In this document: piece after piece, positions 16,687-24,651 of the stretch
How positions within the stretch are numbered: the stretch's first letter is position 1
How the letters are laid out: each line of letters opens with the position of its first letter
IMG/VR virus record: IMGVR_UViG_3300048851_000198
Location: 1-37,783 of that record
Reading direction: 5' to 3' (one strand)
DNA length: 37,783 nt
From: a virus
Taxonomy: Duplodnaviria; Caudoviricetes
Translations under genes and position numbers: made by a program
Notes under the pieces: generated by a model
The model's input: only the letters and a program-made list of their open reading frames with translations
The model's database searches: none
What the model was told of the DNA's origin: nothing

Positions 16687-17280
16687 TTATTTCTTGTCTG
16701 GGTTTACTTTAGGAGGGGTTGCGGGTTGGGTTGCTGCAGGTTGTGGACGTGGTCTTACTAATCTGTCAGATGTAAGGCCTTTTTCTATCCATTCCTTGCC
16801 TGATCCGCCTTTTTTGTGACCGTCTTTATCTTCGTATTGCTTGCTCATCTGAAATGCGTTTATAGAGCAATATACGACTAATGCAGCAATTCCCAAAATC
16901 ATGGAATTGACAGTCCTGTCGTTTATCTTATCCATTTTTACATTGTCTGCATCTATATGGGCCTGTATTATCTTTTCATCAACTTCATCGTCTAGCTCCC
17001 TTGTTCTATTTCTTGAGTTCCTGGCTGCGGTCCTGTGAGAAAGAAGATTGATCATTAAGCTAATGGTCAGGAATACCCATCCAATGATTAAGGCCGGAAT
17101 GCCCATAGCGTTTTTCAAGGGCGCGATCTTCTCTATAAAGGTCATTGACAGGACCAAAGTACCAGACGTGATATAAACTAGATTCTTCTCAAAGTGTTGC
17201 TCACTGGCATCTTTTATTTTCGTTAGTAACTCCCTGTTCTTGAGGTACAAATCATAGTCCTCCTGTTCTTTTTCTGTCAT
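16687..17280 (-). CDS. Three-TM membrane protein with Pro-rich tail (antisense cargo; start reassigned to 17280)
   Basis: FEKNLVYITSGTLVLSMTFI, LIIGWVFLTISLMINLLS and a third hydrophobic segment; TATATTTA box 3 nt before ATG. Confidence 0.75.
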   Translation of the reverse strand: MTEKEQEDYDLYLKNRELLTKIKDASEQHFEKNLVYITSGTLVLSMTFIEKIAPLKNAMGIPALIIGWVFLTISLMINLLSHRTAARNSRNRTRELDDEVDEKIIQAHIDADNVKMDKINDRTVNSMILGIAALVVYCSINAFQMSKQYEDKDGHKKGGSGKEWIEKGLTSDRLVRPRPQPAATQPATPPKVNPDKK

Positions 17281-17302
17281 GCATAAATATAGCAAGTTTC
17301 AC

Positions 17303-17330
17303 TTGACTTGTGAGAGCAGATGTTGATACT
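17303..17330 (+). promoter_or_regulatory. Sigma70-type promoter
   Basis: TTGACT-N16-GATACT. Confidence 0.6.
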
Positions 17331-17336
17331 AGTCAT

Positions 17337-17386
17337 GTGGCGGCAGGATTGATCCCCTCTCGTCCGACCTACAGCGGAGCCGTCAT
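17337..17386 (+). ncRNA. C4-like cloverleaf antisense RNA, copy 2
   Basis: P1 GTGGCGGC/GCCGTCAT; P2 AGG-ATTGATCC-CCT; P3 TCCG-ACCTACAG-CGGA with loop complementary to CTGTAGG at 17395 and 17407. Confidence 0.75.
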
Positions 17387-17419
17387 TCCAGTATCTGTAG
17401 GAGAAACTGTAGGAATAAA

Positions 17420-17626
17420 ATGCCAGACATAACGTGTCCACATTGCAAACAAGTCCAGATGGATAACCACAATGGCGGTGATCCAGGGGAATGGTGGAAT
17501 GACGAATATATTCCAGATGGTGATTGCGAACATGATTGCGATAGTTGCGGCAAGGAATTTATTGTCCGTGTTAGCTGGTCACCTTCCTTTGAAGGTATAA
17601 CAACCGAAGAGGCGATGGATGACTAA
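17420..17626 (+). CDS. Zn-ribbon small protein
   Basis: CPHC...CDSC. Confidence 0.75.
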   Translation: MPDITCPHCKQVQMDNHNGGDPGEWWNDEYIPDGDCEHDCDSCGKEFIVRVSWSPSFEGITTEEAMDD

Positions 17627-17846
17627 ATACTGCCCCAACTGCGGCCATGTCGGCAAGGCGACTTACAACGGATCACTTCTTATAACGCTGATCCTGCTGT
17701 GCTTCTATATCCTGCCTGGACTGGTTTACGAGATATGGCGCTGTAGTAAAGGGCGGGTAAAGTGTCCGTCATGCGGCCAGTCTGCTATGATTCCTGCTGA
17801 TAGTCCTATGGCGAAGTTGCATATAAAAGCGAGCAATGGAGACTAG
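17619..17846 (+). CDS. Zn-ribbon membrane protein (LITAF-like layout)
   Basis: CPNC-hydrophobic segment-CPSC. Confidence 0.75.
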   Translation: MTKYCPNCGHVGKATYNGSLLITLILLCFYILPGLVYEIWRCSKGRVKCPSCGQSAMIPADSPMAKLHIKASNGD

Positions 17847-17847
17847 A

Positions 17848-18003
17848 ATGACGGAACCAAGTCAAGACTGGATTGATGACTGCAACAAATATTGGGGTAA
17901 GGTTTTAACTGGAAGTAAAGCCCATTGGTGTTATGATTGGGACGAACTCCCCATTGATGATACCTGTTTTGAAATGCAATTTTGCAGTTGCGAGTTTAAC
18001 TAA
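17848..18003 (+). CDS. Small Cys/Trp-rich protein (51 aa), not in the ORF track
   Basis: SD GGAG; MTEPSQDWIDDC...HWCYDWDELPIDDTC..CSC; abuts the next gene. Confidence 0.65.
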   Translation: MTEPSQDWIDDCNKYWGKVLTGSKAHWCYDWDELPIDDTCFEMQFCSCEFN

Positions 18004-19026
18004 TTGACCGTAAACGAACGCATCCTTGAAGCCCAAATCAAGCACTCCATTTTCCTTGAGAGATACAAGGGCGGGGTGCTTAAGAAGATCATCGGGCTTT
18101 TAAACGAAACGGAAGCTGACCTGATCGAGCTTATAGCTGCACGACTGGCAACAATTGAGGGCCGTGGGTTCGATCTATCGGCCGCGGAGACAAAGCGTTT
18201 GAACAATTTGTTATCTGACATTGTAGCTAAGCGGGATGAAATCTATTCCACACTGGAGACGCGCCTATCCGATGAGATGAATGATTTCAGCGAGTATGAA
18301 GCTGATTTTCAGATTAAGCTTGCAAATAACGCAGGCGTACAGGCTTCATTCGCCATGCCGAGCAATGCCCAGCTTAAGGCGATTGTGACCAGCCAGCCAT
18401 TCAGGGGGCGATTACTCAAGGACTGGGCAAAGGGCATAGGGCAGGAAGAAGTAAAGCGGGTACAGGACGCAATCCGTATCGGTATGGCCGAGAACCAGAC
18501 GACCGACCAGATCATCCGGCGCATACGGGGATCGAAGAAGAACCGATACCAGGATGGTATTCTTGAAATAACCCGCAGGGATGCTGAGGCGGTAACACGC
18601 ACAGCCATAAGTCATGTTGCTAATCGGGCAAGGGCAGAGGTGTATAACGCAAATGCTGGTATCGTCCATAAGGTTCAGTATGTCGCAACCCTCGACAGCC
18701 GGACCACGCTTATATGCGCCAGCCGTGATGGAAAGGTTTACGATCTGGGCAAAGAGCCAAATCTGCCAGCACATTTCCGTTGCCGTTCCGTTATCGTTGC
18801 GTACTTTGAAGGTGACGAGCGAGGCAATAGAGCCAGCGTAAACGGCTCAGTACCCGCAAGTACCTCATTCAGTGATTTCCTGAAAAAGCAGGGCAATGAA
18901 TTTCAGGAGGACGTGTTAGGTGTCGAACGTGCAAAGCTGTTCCGCTCCGGCACGCCACTTGAGAAGTTCGTTGACAAATCCGGCAGAACCTATACGCTTA
19001 AAGAGCTGAAACAACGCGAAACCTAA
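18004..19026 (+). CDS. Minor head/head morphogenesis protein (Mu gpF/SPP1 gp7 family)
   Basis: RTAISH...YVATLDSRTTLICASRDG...PAHFRCRS. Confidence 0.92.
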   Translation: MTVNERILEAQIKHSIFLERYKGGVLKKIIGLLNETEADLIELIAARLATIEGRGFDLSAAETKRLNNLLSDIVAKRDEIYSTLETRLSDEMNDFSEYEADFQIKLANNAGVQASFAMPSNAQLKAIVTSQPFRGRLLKDWAKGIGQEEVKRVQDAIRIGMAENQTTDQIIRRIRGSKKNRYQDGILEITRRDAEAVTRTAISHVANRARAEVYNANAGIVHKVQYVATLDSRTTLICASRDGKVYDLGKEPNLPAHFRCRSVIVAYFEGDERGNRASVNGSVPASTSFSDFLKKQGNEFQEDVLGVERAKLFRSGTPLEKFVDKSGRTYTLKELKQRET

Positions 19027-19041
19027 CCCGAAGGAAACCTA

Positions 19042-19785
19042 ATGAAACTCAAATCAGTCCTCGAAAACCTTGACGGTATCGAAGAATCCCTGAAAGCCGC
19101 CTACACTGAAAAAGAGGGCAAATTCTATCTGAACGTCGAAGGGTATAATCCAAAAGAGGTTGAGACCTTACGCACAACCATCGCTCGTGTTAAGGACGAG
19201 AAGAAAGAAGCCCTGGCCCGTATTGCCGAACTGGAAGACAAGTTTGGCTCCCTGCCGGACGACTTCGATATTGACCAGTACATTGCCGGTAAGGACGTGA
19301 ACGGTGACGTTGAGAAGAAGCTCAAAGACCAGAAAGACCGTTTGGAAGCAGTACACCAGAAAGCAATGGATAAAGTTACCGGTGAGCGTGACGTACTAAA
19401 GGGACGACTGGACAAGGTTGTTGTTGATAACGCCCTGAATGCTGCAATTGCAGAGGCGGGAGTAGCCGCCCCTTTTGCCCCAGCAGTTCGCGCTATGTTC
19501 AAAGACAAGGTAAAGGTTGAATACGAGGGTGAGGAAGTTATTGCTACTCTGGACAATATGCCTGTCATTGAGCAGCTAAAGACATGGGCAGGTACAGACC
19601 AGGGCAAGCACTACATTGCAGCCCCTGCCAATGGCGGTGGCGGTTCTGGTGGCAATGGCGGAGGCGGCGGAAATACCGTTGACAATCCTTTTGCTGAAAA
19701 GACGTGGAACTTGACCAAACAGCTTCAGCTACAAAAAGACGACCCAGCCAAATACGAAACCTTGAAAAAGGCAGCAGGAAAATAG
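19042..19785 (+). CDS. Capsid scaffolding protein
   Basis: Coiled coil, Gly-rich linker, NPF...WNLTKQ..L...DP C-terminus; precedes the capsid gene. Confidence 0.85.
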   Translation: MKLKSVLENLDGIEESLKAAYTEKEGKFYLNVEGYNPKEVETLRTTIARVKDEKKEALARIAELEDKFGSLPDDFDIDQYIAGKDVNGDVEKKLKDQKDRLEAVHQKAMDKVTGERDVLKGRLDKVVVDNALNAAIAEAGVAAPFAPAVRAMFKDKVKVEYEGEEVIATLDNMPVIEQLKTWAGTDQGKHYIAAPANGGGGSGGNGGGGGNTVDNPFAEKTWNLTKQLQLQKDDPAKYETLKKAAGK

Positions 19786-19789
19786 TTAA

Positions 19790-19815
19790 GAAGCCTCTGA
19801 AATGGGGCTTTTTTT
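19790..19815 (+). terminator. Intrinsic terminator after the scaffold gene
   Basis: AAGCCTC-TGAAAT-GGGGCTT followed by a T run. Confidence 0.75.
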
Positions 19816-19828
19816 ATGACCGAAGTTC

Positions 19829-19906
19829 TGTTATACTTCACTTATCCTTCGAGGCTGTGCCTTGATAAGCTTGAGACTGTGTCTCGCCTCGGAAGGCTGT
19901 GCCTTC
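19829..19906 (+). promoter_or_regulatory. Extended -10 promoter and three UGU-loop hairpins in the capsid leader
   Basis: TGtTATACT at 19829-19837; GAGGC-TGT-GCCTT, GAGAC-TGT-GTCTC, GAAGGC-TGT-GCCTTC. Confidence 0.6.
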
Positions 19907-19939
19907 AAAAAACCCCTCATTACATTTTTTGGAGTCACT

Positions 19940-20932
19940 ATGACCATTCTTAAACTTGCCGATATGCTTATTCCTGGCAGTTCTGGTGCGCGTGAAGTTG
20001 CTGGCATGATCCAACGCCGCACGTTGCAGAAGTCTGCCCTTTTCCGTAGCGGTATCATTGCCAGAGCAAACGATGCTGCCGTTGCTTCAACCCTTGCCCT
20101 TGAAAAAGGCGGATATTTCACAAGCGTTGACTTCCGCAATCCCCTGTCTGGCGCTGAACAGATTATGAACGATACCAAAGACTTGGTTATCAATAAAATC
20201 TCGTATGGTCGCCAGTTCGCTGCTGTATATGAACGCGCCAACTCATGGGGTGTTACTGATCTCGGCGTTGACCTTTCTGGTGATGATCCAATGGCTGACA
20301 TTGTTGACCAGCTTTCGGATTATTGGGCCGAGCGTTATCAGATTCAGCTTATTAATATTCTAAATGGTGCAATGCCAGCCGTTGAGGCAAACCTCACCGA
20401 TATTTCGGAAGAAGTTGGGGAAGCTGGCATTATCAGTGCCAATAACTTCATTACCGCATCTCGTAAACTGGGCGACCGCTCCGGTAAGCTAACAGCGGTT
20501 TCCATGCACAGTGCCGTTATGACCCTTCTGATCCAGCAAAACCTTATCATTTATCTTCCAGCAGCCGATCAGGGCGACCCAATCCCGACCTATCAGGGTA
20601 AAACCGTTATTGAAGACGATGGTATGCCATTTGACCCAGTAACAGGTATTGCGACTATGTATCTGTATGGCCGTGGCGCTATCTCTTTCCAAGAAGGTAC
20701 CCCAAAGACACCGCTGGAGACAGACCGCGCTTCCCTTACAAATGGCGGTCAGGAGTGGATCGTCAACCGGAAGAAGTACATCATGCACCCTAACGGCATT
20801 AGCTGGAATATTGATGCTGATCTGGTTGATCCAACGCCAAACAACGCCGAACTGGCTGATCCTGATAACTGGGAAATGGTTTACGATCCTAAAGAAATCG
20901 GTATCGCTCAATTCACTTTCCGAGTTGAATAA
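19940..20932 (+). CDS. Major capsid protein (start reassigned to 19940)
   Basis: KSALFRSGI...SGDDPM..I..Q...YW...MHSAV...G..VI.DDGMP...ETDR...HPNGISW; SD GGAG. Confidence 0.92.
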   Translation: MTILKLADMLIPGSSGAREVAGMIQRRTLQKSALFRSGIIARANDAAVASTLALEKGGYFTSVDFRNPLSGAEQIMNDTKDLVINKISYGRQFAAVYERANSWGVTDLGVDLSGDDPMADIVDQLSDYWAERYQIQLINILNGAMPAVEANLTDISEEVGEAGIISANNFITASRKLGDRSGKLTAVSMHSAVMTLLIQQNLIIYLPAADQGDPIPTYQGKTVIEDDGMPFDPVTGIATMYLYGRGAISFQEGTPKTPLETDRASLTNGGQEWIVNRKKYIMHPNGISWNIDADLVDPTPNNAELADPDNWEMVYDPKEIGIAQFTFRVE

Positions 20933-20985
20933 TTAACCTAGGGGGCTGGGAAACTGGTCTTCTTTCCCTTTAAGGAGAATTAACG

Positions 20986-21234
20986 ATGACTGCCAAACCA
21001 AAAGCCAAAAAAGCTACCGCACCAAAAGCAAATCAGAAAGAGAAACAGGTTAAGGTCTATGAGCCACACGCTGGCTTCAATGATGATCCTGCCGACTCTC
21101 AAGCTGATATGGACCCCAGCCAGAAGGAAGCCGCAACCCTTGCTGACGGCAAGAAACAAACCCATGCAAACGTCCGTAAAACAGCTACTCGTGCTGATGG
21201 TCCTGATACCACTGGTGTCAAGGTAGCCGACTAA
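20986..21234 (+). CDS. Small virion-associated hypothetical protein
   Basis: SD AAGGAG; directly after the capsid gene. Confidence 0.65.
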   Translation: MTAKPKAKKATAPKANQKEKQVKVYEPHAGFNDDPADSQADMDPSQKEAATLADGKKQTHANVRKTATRADGPDTTGVKVAD

Positions 21235-21235
21235 C

Positions 21236-21718
21236 ATGTTTATTGCCTCGGATGGTGTGAATTACGAGATAGCAAATTCCTACGTCGATCTGGAATATGC
21301 TGATGCGTACCATGCTGTCCGAGGCAATTCTTTATGGACCGGAACAGACGAGCAGAAACAGGCGGCTTTAATAAAGGCCACAGATTATATCGAACAGGTT
21401 TACGGGCAGCGTTTTATAGCTTTCGGATATTCCGATAGCTTGCTTGCGTGGCCTCGATACGACCTAATGACCTACGAGAACCTAGGTATCCCTGAAAACC
21501 TGAAAAAAGCCGTAAGTGAATTAGCCCTTGAGGCATTAAGCAACGACCTTAACCCAGTGATTAATCCTGTAGCCGCGGTAAAACGCGAGAAGGTCGATGT
21601 TTTAGAAACGGAATACTTTGAAGCGAAAGCTGACAAGCCGCTAAGGCCTGCCGTTATCGGTTACCTTCTGCCATTACTGAGCGGAACATCATTTAACCGT
21701 AAAGTGGTGCGGGTATGA
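21236..21718 (+). CDS. Head-tail adaptor (DnaT-like annotated family)
   Basis: ANSYV....ADAYH..RG...W....KQAALIKATDYI...LAWPR...IP..LK.A..ELA. Confidence 0.85.
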   Translation: MFIASDGVNYEIANSYVDLEYADAYHAVRGNSLWTGTDEQKQAALIKATDYIEQVYGQRFIAFGYSDSLLAWPRYDLMTYENLGIPENLKKAVSELALEALSNDLNPVINPVAAVKREKVDVLETEYFEAKADKPLRPAVIGYLLPLLSGTSFNRKVVRV

Positions 21719-22062
21719 CGACATACGGGAATTTCATCATTCTTGCCGAGCGCCTGATCCGTGAAAAGGGTCGCGACATTACATTGATTAACCGCCAGAT
21801 AGGCGGGTACGATCCGATTACAAACACGATTAACGATGGGTTCGATACGACCAGAACCGTGAAGGCCGTATTCACGGAATACAGTGCAAAAGAGATCGAC
21901 GGCCAGATTATCCAACGCGGCGACAAGCGTTGCCTTATTGCAGGGGAAGTATCTGCTTCTGAAATAGTTCAGGACGGTGATAGCCAATATACCATTGTAA
22001 ACATCGAGCAGGTGATGCCTGGGGAGGAATTGATTTTAAGCAAGGTTCAGGTGAGACGATGA
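21715..22062 (+). CDS. Head closure protein
   Basis: Position; YDP.T...IDG..IQ.GDK; ends in QVRR. Confidence 0.75.
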   Translation: MTTYGNFIILAERLIREKGRDITLINRQIGGYDPITNTINDGFDTTRTVKAVFTEYSAKEIDGQIIQRGDKRCLIAGEVSASEIVQDGDSQYTIVNIEQVMPGEELILSKVQVRR

Positions 22063-22415
22063 GTACCGAAACCGACATTGCAAAAGTCATGAATATGCTT
22101 GAAAAGGTTCAGGCTGATCGTGTGCGCTCGACTGCAATAAAGTTTATGGGTCATGTCACAAAGGAAACCCCTGTTGATACAGGCCGTGCCCGTGCAAACT
22201 GGAATATGTCGGCTGATGCGCCGGACTTCACAACTACAGAAAACACGGCCATACCTGATGTGACTACCGCTCCAGAAGGTAAAGCCTTATATGTCACCAA
22301 TGGCCTTCCGTACATCGTAAAACTTAATGAAGGCTCCAGCCAGCAATCGCCAGCCGGATTCGTTGAAAGATCAATTAAGCTTGCCGTGAACAACGCAAAG
22401 CGCGGTGGCAAATGA
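22059..22415 (+). CDS. Neck/tail completion protein (HK97 gp10-like)
   Basis: TPVDTGRARANW...NGLPY...LNEGSSQQSPAGFV. Confidence 0.85.
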   Translation: MSTETDIAKVMNMLEKVQADRVRSTAIKFMGHVTKETPVDTGRARANWNMSADAPDFTTTENTAIPDVTTAPEGKALYVTNGLPYIVKLNEGSSQQSPAGFVERSIKLAVNNAKRGGK

Positions 22416-22819
22416 ATTACCATGACGCTGTAGCCGAGATTAAGAAATACTTCGCAGAGCAATGGGATAACCTGACGGGCGTTGCCTATGATGATTTTCC
22501 ATTTACCACACCCGACAACACGCCTTGGGTGCGCCTGAATATCCGACATGAAGATGGTTATCAGGCTTCGGTAGGATCGCCACAATCGAATAAGTTTCGC
22601 CGTGATGGACTGGTCACTGTTCAGATATTCACGCCGAAAGGGCAGGCACAGATTACGGCGTTACAAACAGCCGATGCCGTGGTAAATATATTTGAGGCAA
22701 AGCCGCGAATATCTGGTATCATGTTTAACAATGTGCGGGTCAATGAAATCGGTGACGATGGCTTTGGCTGGTATCAGATAAATGTTAAAGCAGATTTTAG
22801 TTACGACACCATCGCATAA
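22412..22819 (+). CDS. Tail terminator protein
   Basis: PWVRL...G...R..G.V.VQIFTP.G.....AD...WYQINV. Confidence 0.8.
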   Translation: MNYHDAVAEIKKYFAEQWDNLTGVAYDDFPFTTPDNTPWVRLNIRHEDGYQASVGSPQSNKFRRDGLVTVQIFTPKGQAQITALQTADAVVNIFEAKPRISGIMFNNVRVNEIGDDGFGWYQINVKADFSYDTIA

Positions 22820-22830
22820 GGAGTTAAACG

Positions 22831-23772
22831 ATGACCGACAGTTCCCAAACGCAGATCGCTTACGTCAAAGAAACGACTTATGGCGTAACACCAACAGCCC
22901 CAGCTTTCAAGAAATTCCGCACCACGGCCATTCCAAGCCTTACGCCGCAAAACGCTTTTATCAGTAGCGATGAAATCCGTTCGGATCGCAACATTCCTTC
23001 TGTAGTTGCTTCGGGTCAGTCAGCTTCTTTTGAATTGCCAATCGAGTTTTCCTATGGCTCATTCGATGACATGCTACAGGCTTTCATGTGCAGCACATGG
23101 TCCAGTGACGTGCTTAAGAACGGGACAGCTTTAACGTCCTTTACCTTTGAAAACAAATTCGTCACCAATTCTGGTTTACGATATCAGCGTATCCTTGGCG
23201 CAGTTGTAAATACCTTCAGCTTGAGCGCTTCTGCAAACGGTAAAGCGGAAGGCAGCTTTGGATTGATGGGTAGACAAGGCACGGCGGCAAATGCTGCAAT
23301 CGCCAGTTCCACTTATGCTGAGGCGGAAACAACCGACTTCTTTCGCGCAACAGATGATCTTACAATCACCCTTGGTGGTGGCATTGGTTCCGTTCCTGTA
23401 ATGAGCATTTCCCTTACAGGAACGAATAACAACCGTATGCGGAACGTTGTTGGTTCCAAATACACTGACGGTATCGGCTTGGGGCAATTCGTCATGAGCG
23501 GTTCAATCTCGACATACTTCAATGACAGCGCCCTGTATGATGCTTATTTGGACGGAGTAGAGAACGGCACATATTACGAGCTTACAGTGCTGTTTGATGA
23601 TGGTGCTGCCGGTCAGTACGAAATCTATTTACCTCGTGTGAAGCTGTCCAACGGCTCAGTACCAGGCGGTGGGAATAATGCTGATGTAATGGCAAACTTC
23701 GACTTTACAGCCGTATTCGATCCTGATACTGGCTGTGCGATGCAAATTACGAGAACCCCAGTAACCCCTTAA
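22831..23772 (+). CDS. Major tail tube protein
   Basis: AYVKETTYGVTP...SDEIRSDR...EFSYGSFD...SFTFE; SD AAGGAG. Confidence 0.9.
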   Translation: MTDSSQTQIAYVKETTYGVTPTAPAFKKFRTTAIPSLTPQNAFISSDEIRSDRNIPSVVASGQSASFELPIEFSYGSFDDMLQAFMCSTWSSDVLKNGTALTSFTFENKFVTNSGLRYQRILGAVVNTFSLSASANGKAEGSFGLMGRQGTAANAAIASSTYAEAETTDFFRATDDLTITLGGGIGSVPVMSISLTGTNNNRMRNVVGSKYTDGIGLGQFVMSGSISTYFNDSALYDAYLDGVENGTYYELTVLFDDGAAGQYEIYLPRVKLSNGSVPGGGNNADVMANFDFTAVFDPDTGCAMQITRTPVTP

Positions 23773-23851
23773 CCGAATGGCTACCCGATAGCCTCTTATG
23801 GCGTCCACGGATCGGGTCTGTGGATGCCACCCTTAACCCGAAAGGTAATAC

Positions 23852-24331
23852 ATGACACGAAGAACAATCCCATCCAGCCAAAAGGCCGCACAGGATTTAC
23901 TCGGCCAGTTTGTAAAAGGACTGCGTGATAAGTTCGAGACAGATACAGAACTTGAAACCAGCAAAGGCGTTGCTGTTGAGATTGACGGGATTGGCACATT
24001 CACAATTCTACGCGCTCATGCCCGTAACCAGAAATTTATTAAAGCATATCGTGATAAGGTATCTCCATATCTTGAAAGTTCGGAAGCAAAGAACAAGAAA
24101 GAGGACGAAGCCGATAAAAAGCTGGAAGAACTTAACCGTGAAATCTTTGTCGAAACAGTCATTATTGGTTTGAAGAATGTTGATGGGCAGGTTATCCCTT
24201 ATGACGATGATGCTAAATCTGCGGTTAAAGAACTGCTTGCCGTTACGCCTGACCTTTACACGCTATTGCAGAACGAAGCCATGACAGCTTCCAACTTCCG
24301 CAAACGCTATGAGGCAGAGGAAAAAAACTAG
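23852..24331 (+). CDS. Tail assembly chaperone (gpG-like)
   Basis: Between tube and tape-measure genes; ends at slippery A AAA AAC TAG. Confidence 0.85.
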   Translation: MTRRTIPSSQKAAQDLLGQFVKGLRDKFETDTELETSKGVAVEIDGIGTFTILRAHARNQKFIKAYRDKVSPYLESSEAKNKKEDEADKKLEELNREIFVETVIIGLKNVDGQVIPYDDDAKSAVKELLAVTPDLYTLLQNEAMTASNFRKRYEAEEKN

Positions 24332-24651
24332 CCAGCGTCCTTGAGTGGAATATAAAATGGGGCGACAAAATAGAGTTTTTTGAGGGTCTAAGACGAAAAG
24401 GACAGAAAGTCCCCGCTCTCGAAAACCGCCCTGTTCTTATGGCGCACTTGGGCTTTTATATGGACGCTTTCAATTCGTTACGGTATGATAGGCAAATAGG
24501 AATGGCGGCAGGCCCGATACCGTGGTCATCCCTAGACAGATATGCACAGCGTTATGACGTTGGTGACTTCGATGTTTTTGAAAGTCACATACGAGCGTTG
24601 GAAACTGTGCTTATAAAACACGAAGAAAAGCGGGCGAGCCAAAATGGTTGA
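24328..24651 (+). CDS. gpT-like -1 frameshift extension of the tail chaperone
   Basis: The -1 frame is open from 24322 (KKLASVLEWNIKWG...ENRPVLMAHLGF...) and in frame with ORF 24439-24651. Confidence 0.85.
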   Translation, partial: LASVLEWNIKWGDKIEFFEGLRRKGQKVPALENRPVLMAHLGFYMDAFNSLRYDRQIGMAAGPIPWSSLDRYAQRYDVGDFDVFESHIRALETVLIKHEEKRASQNG

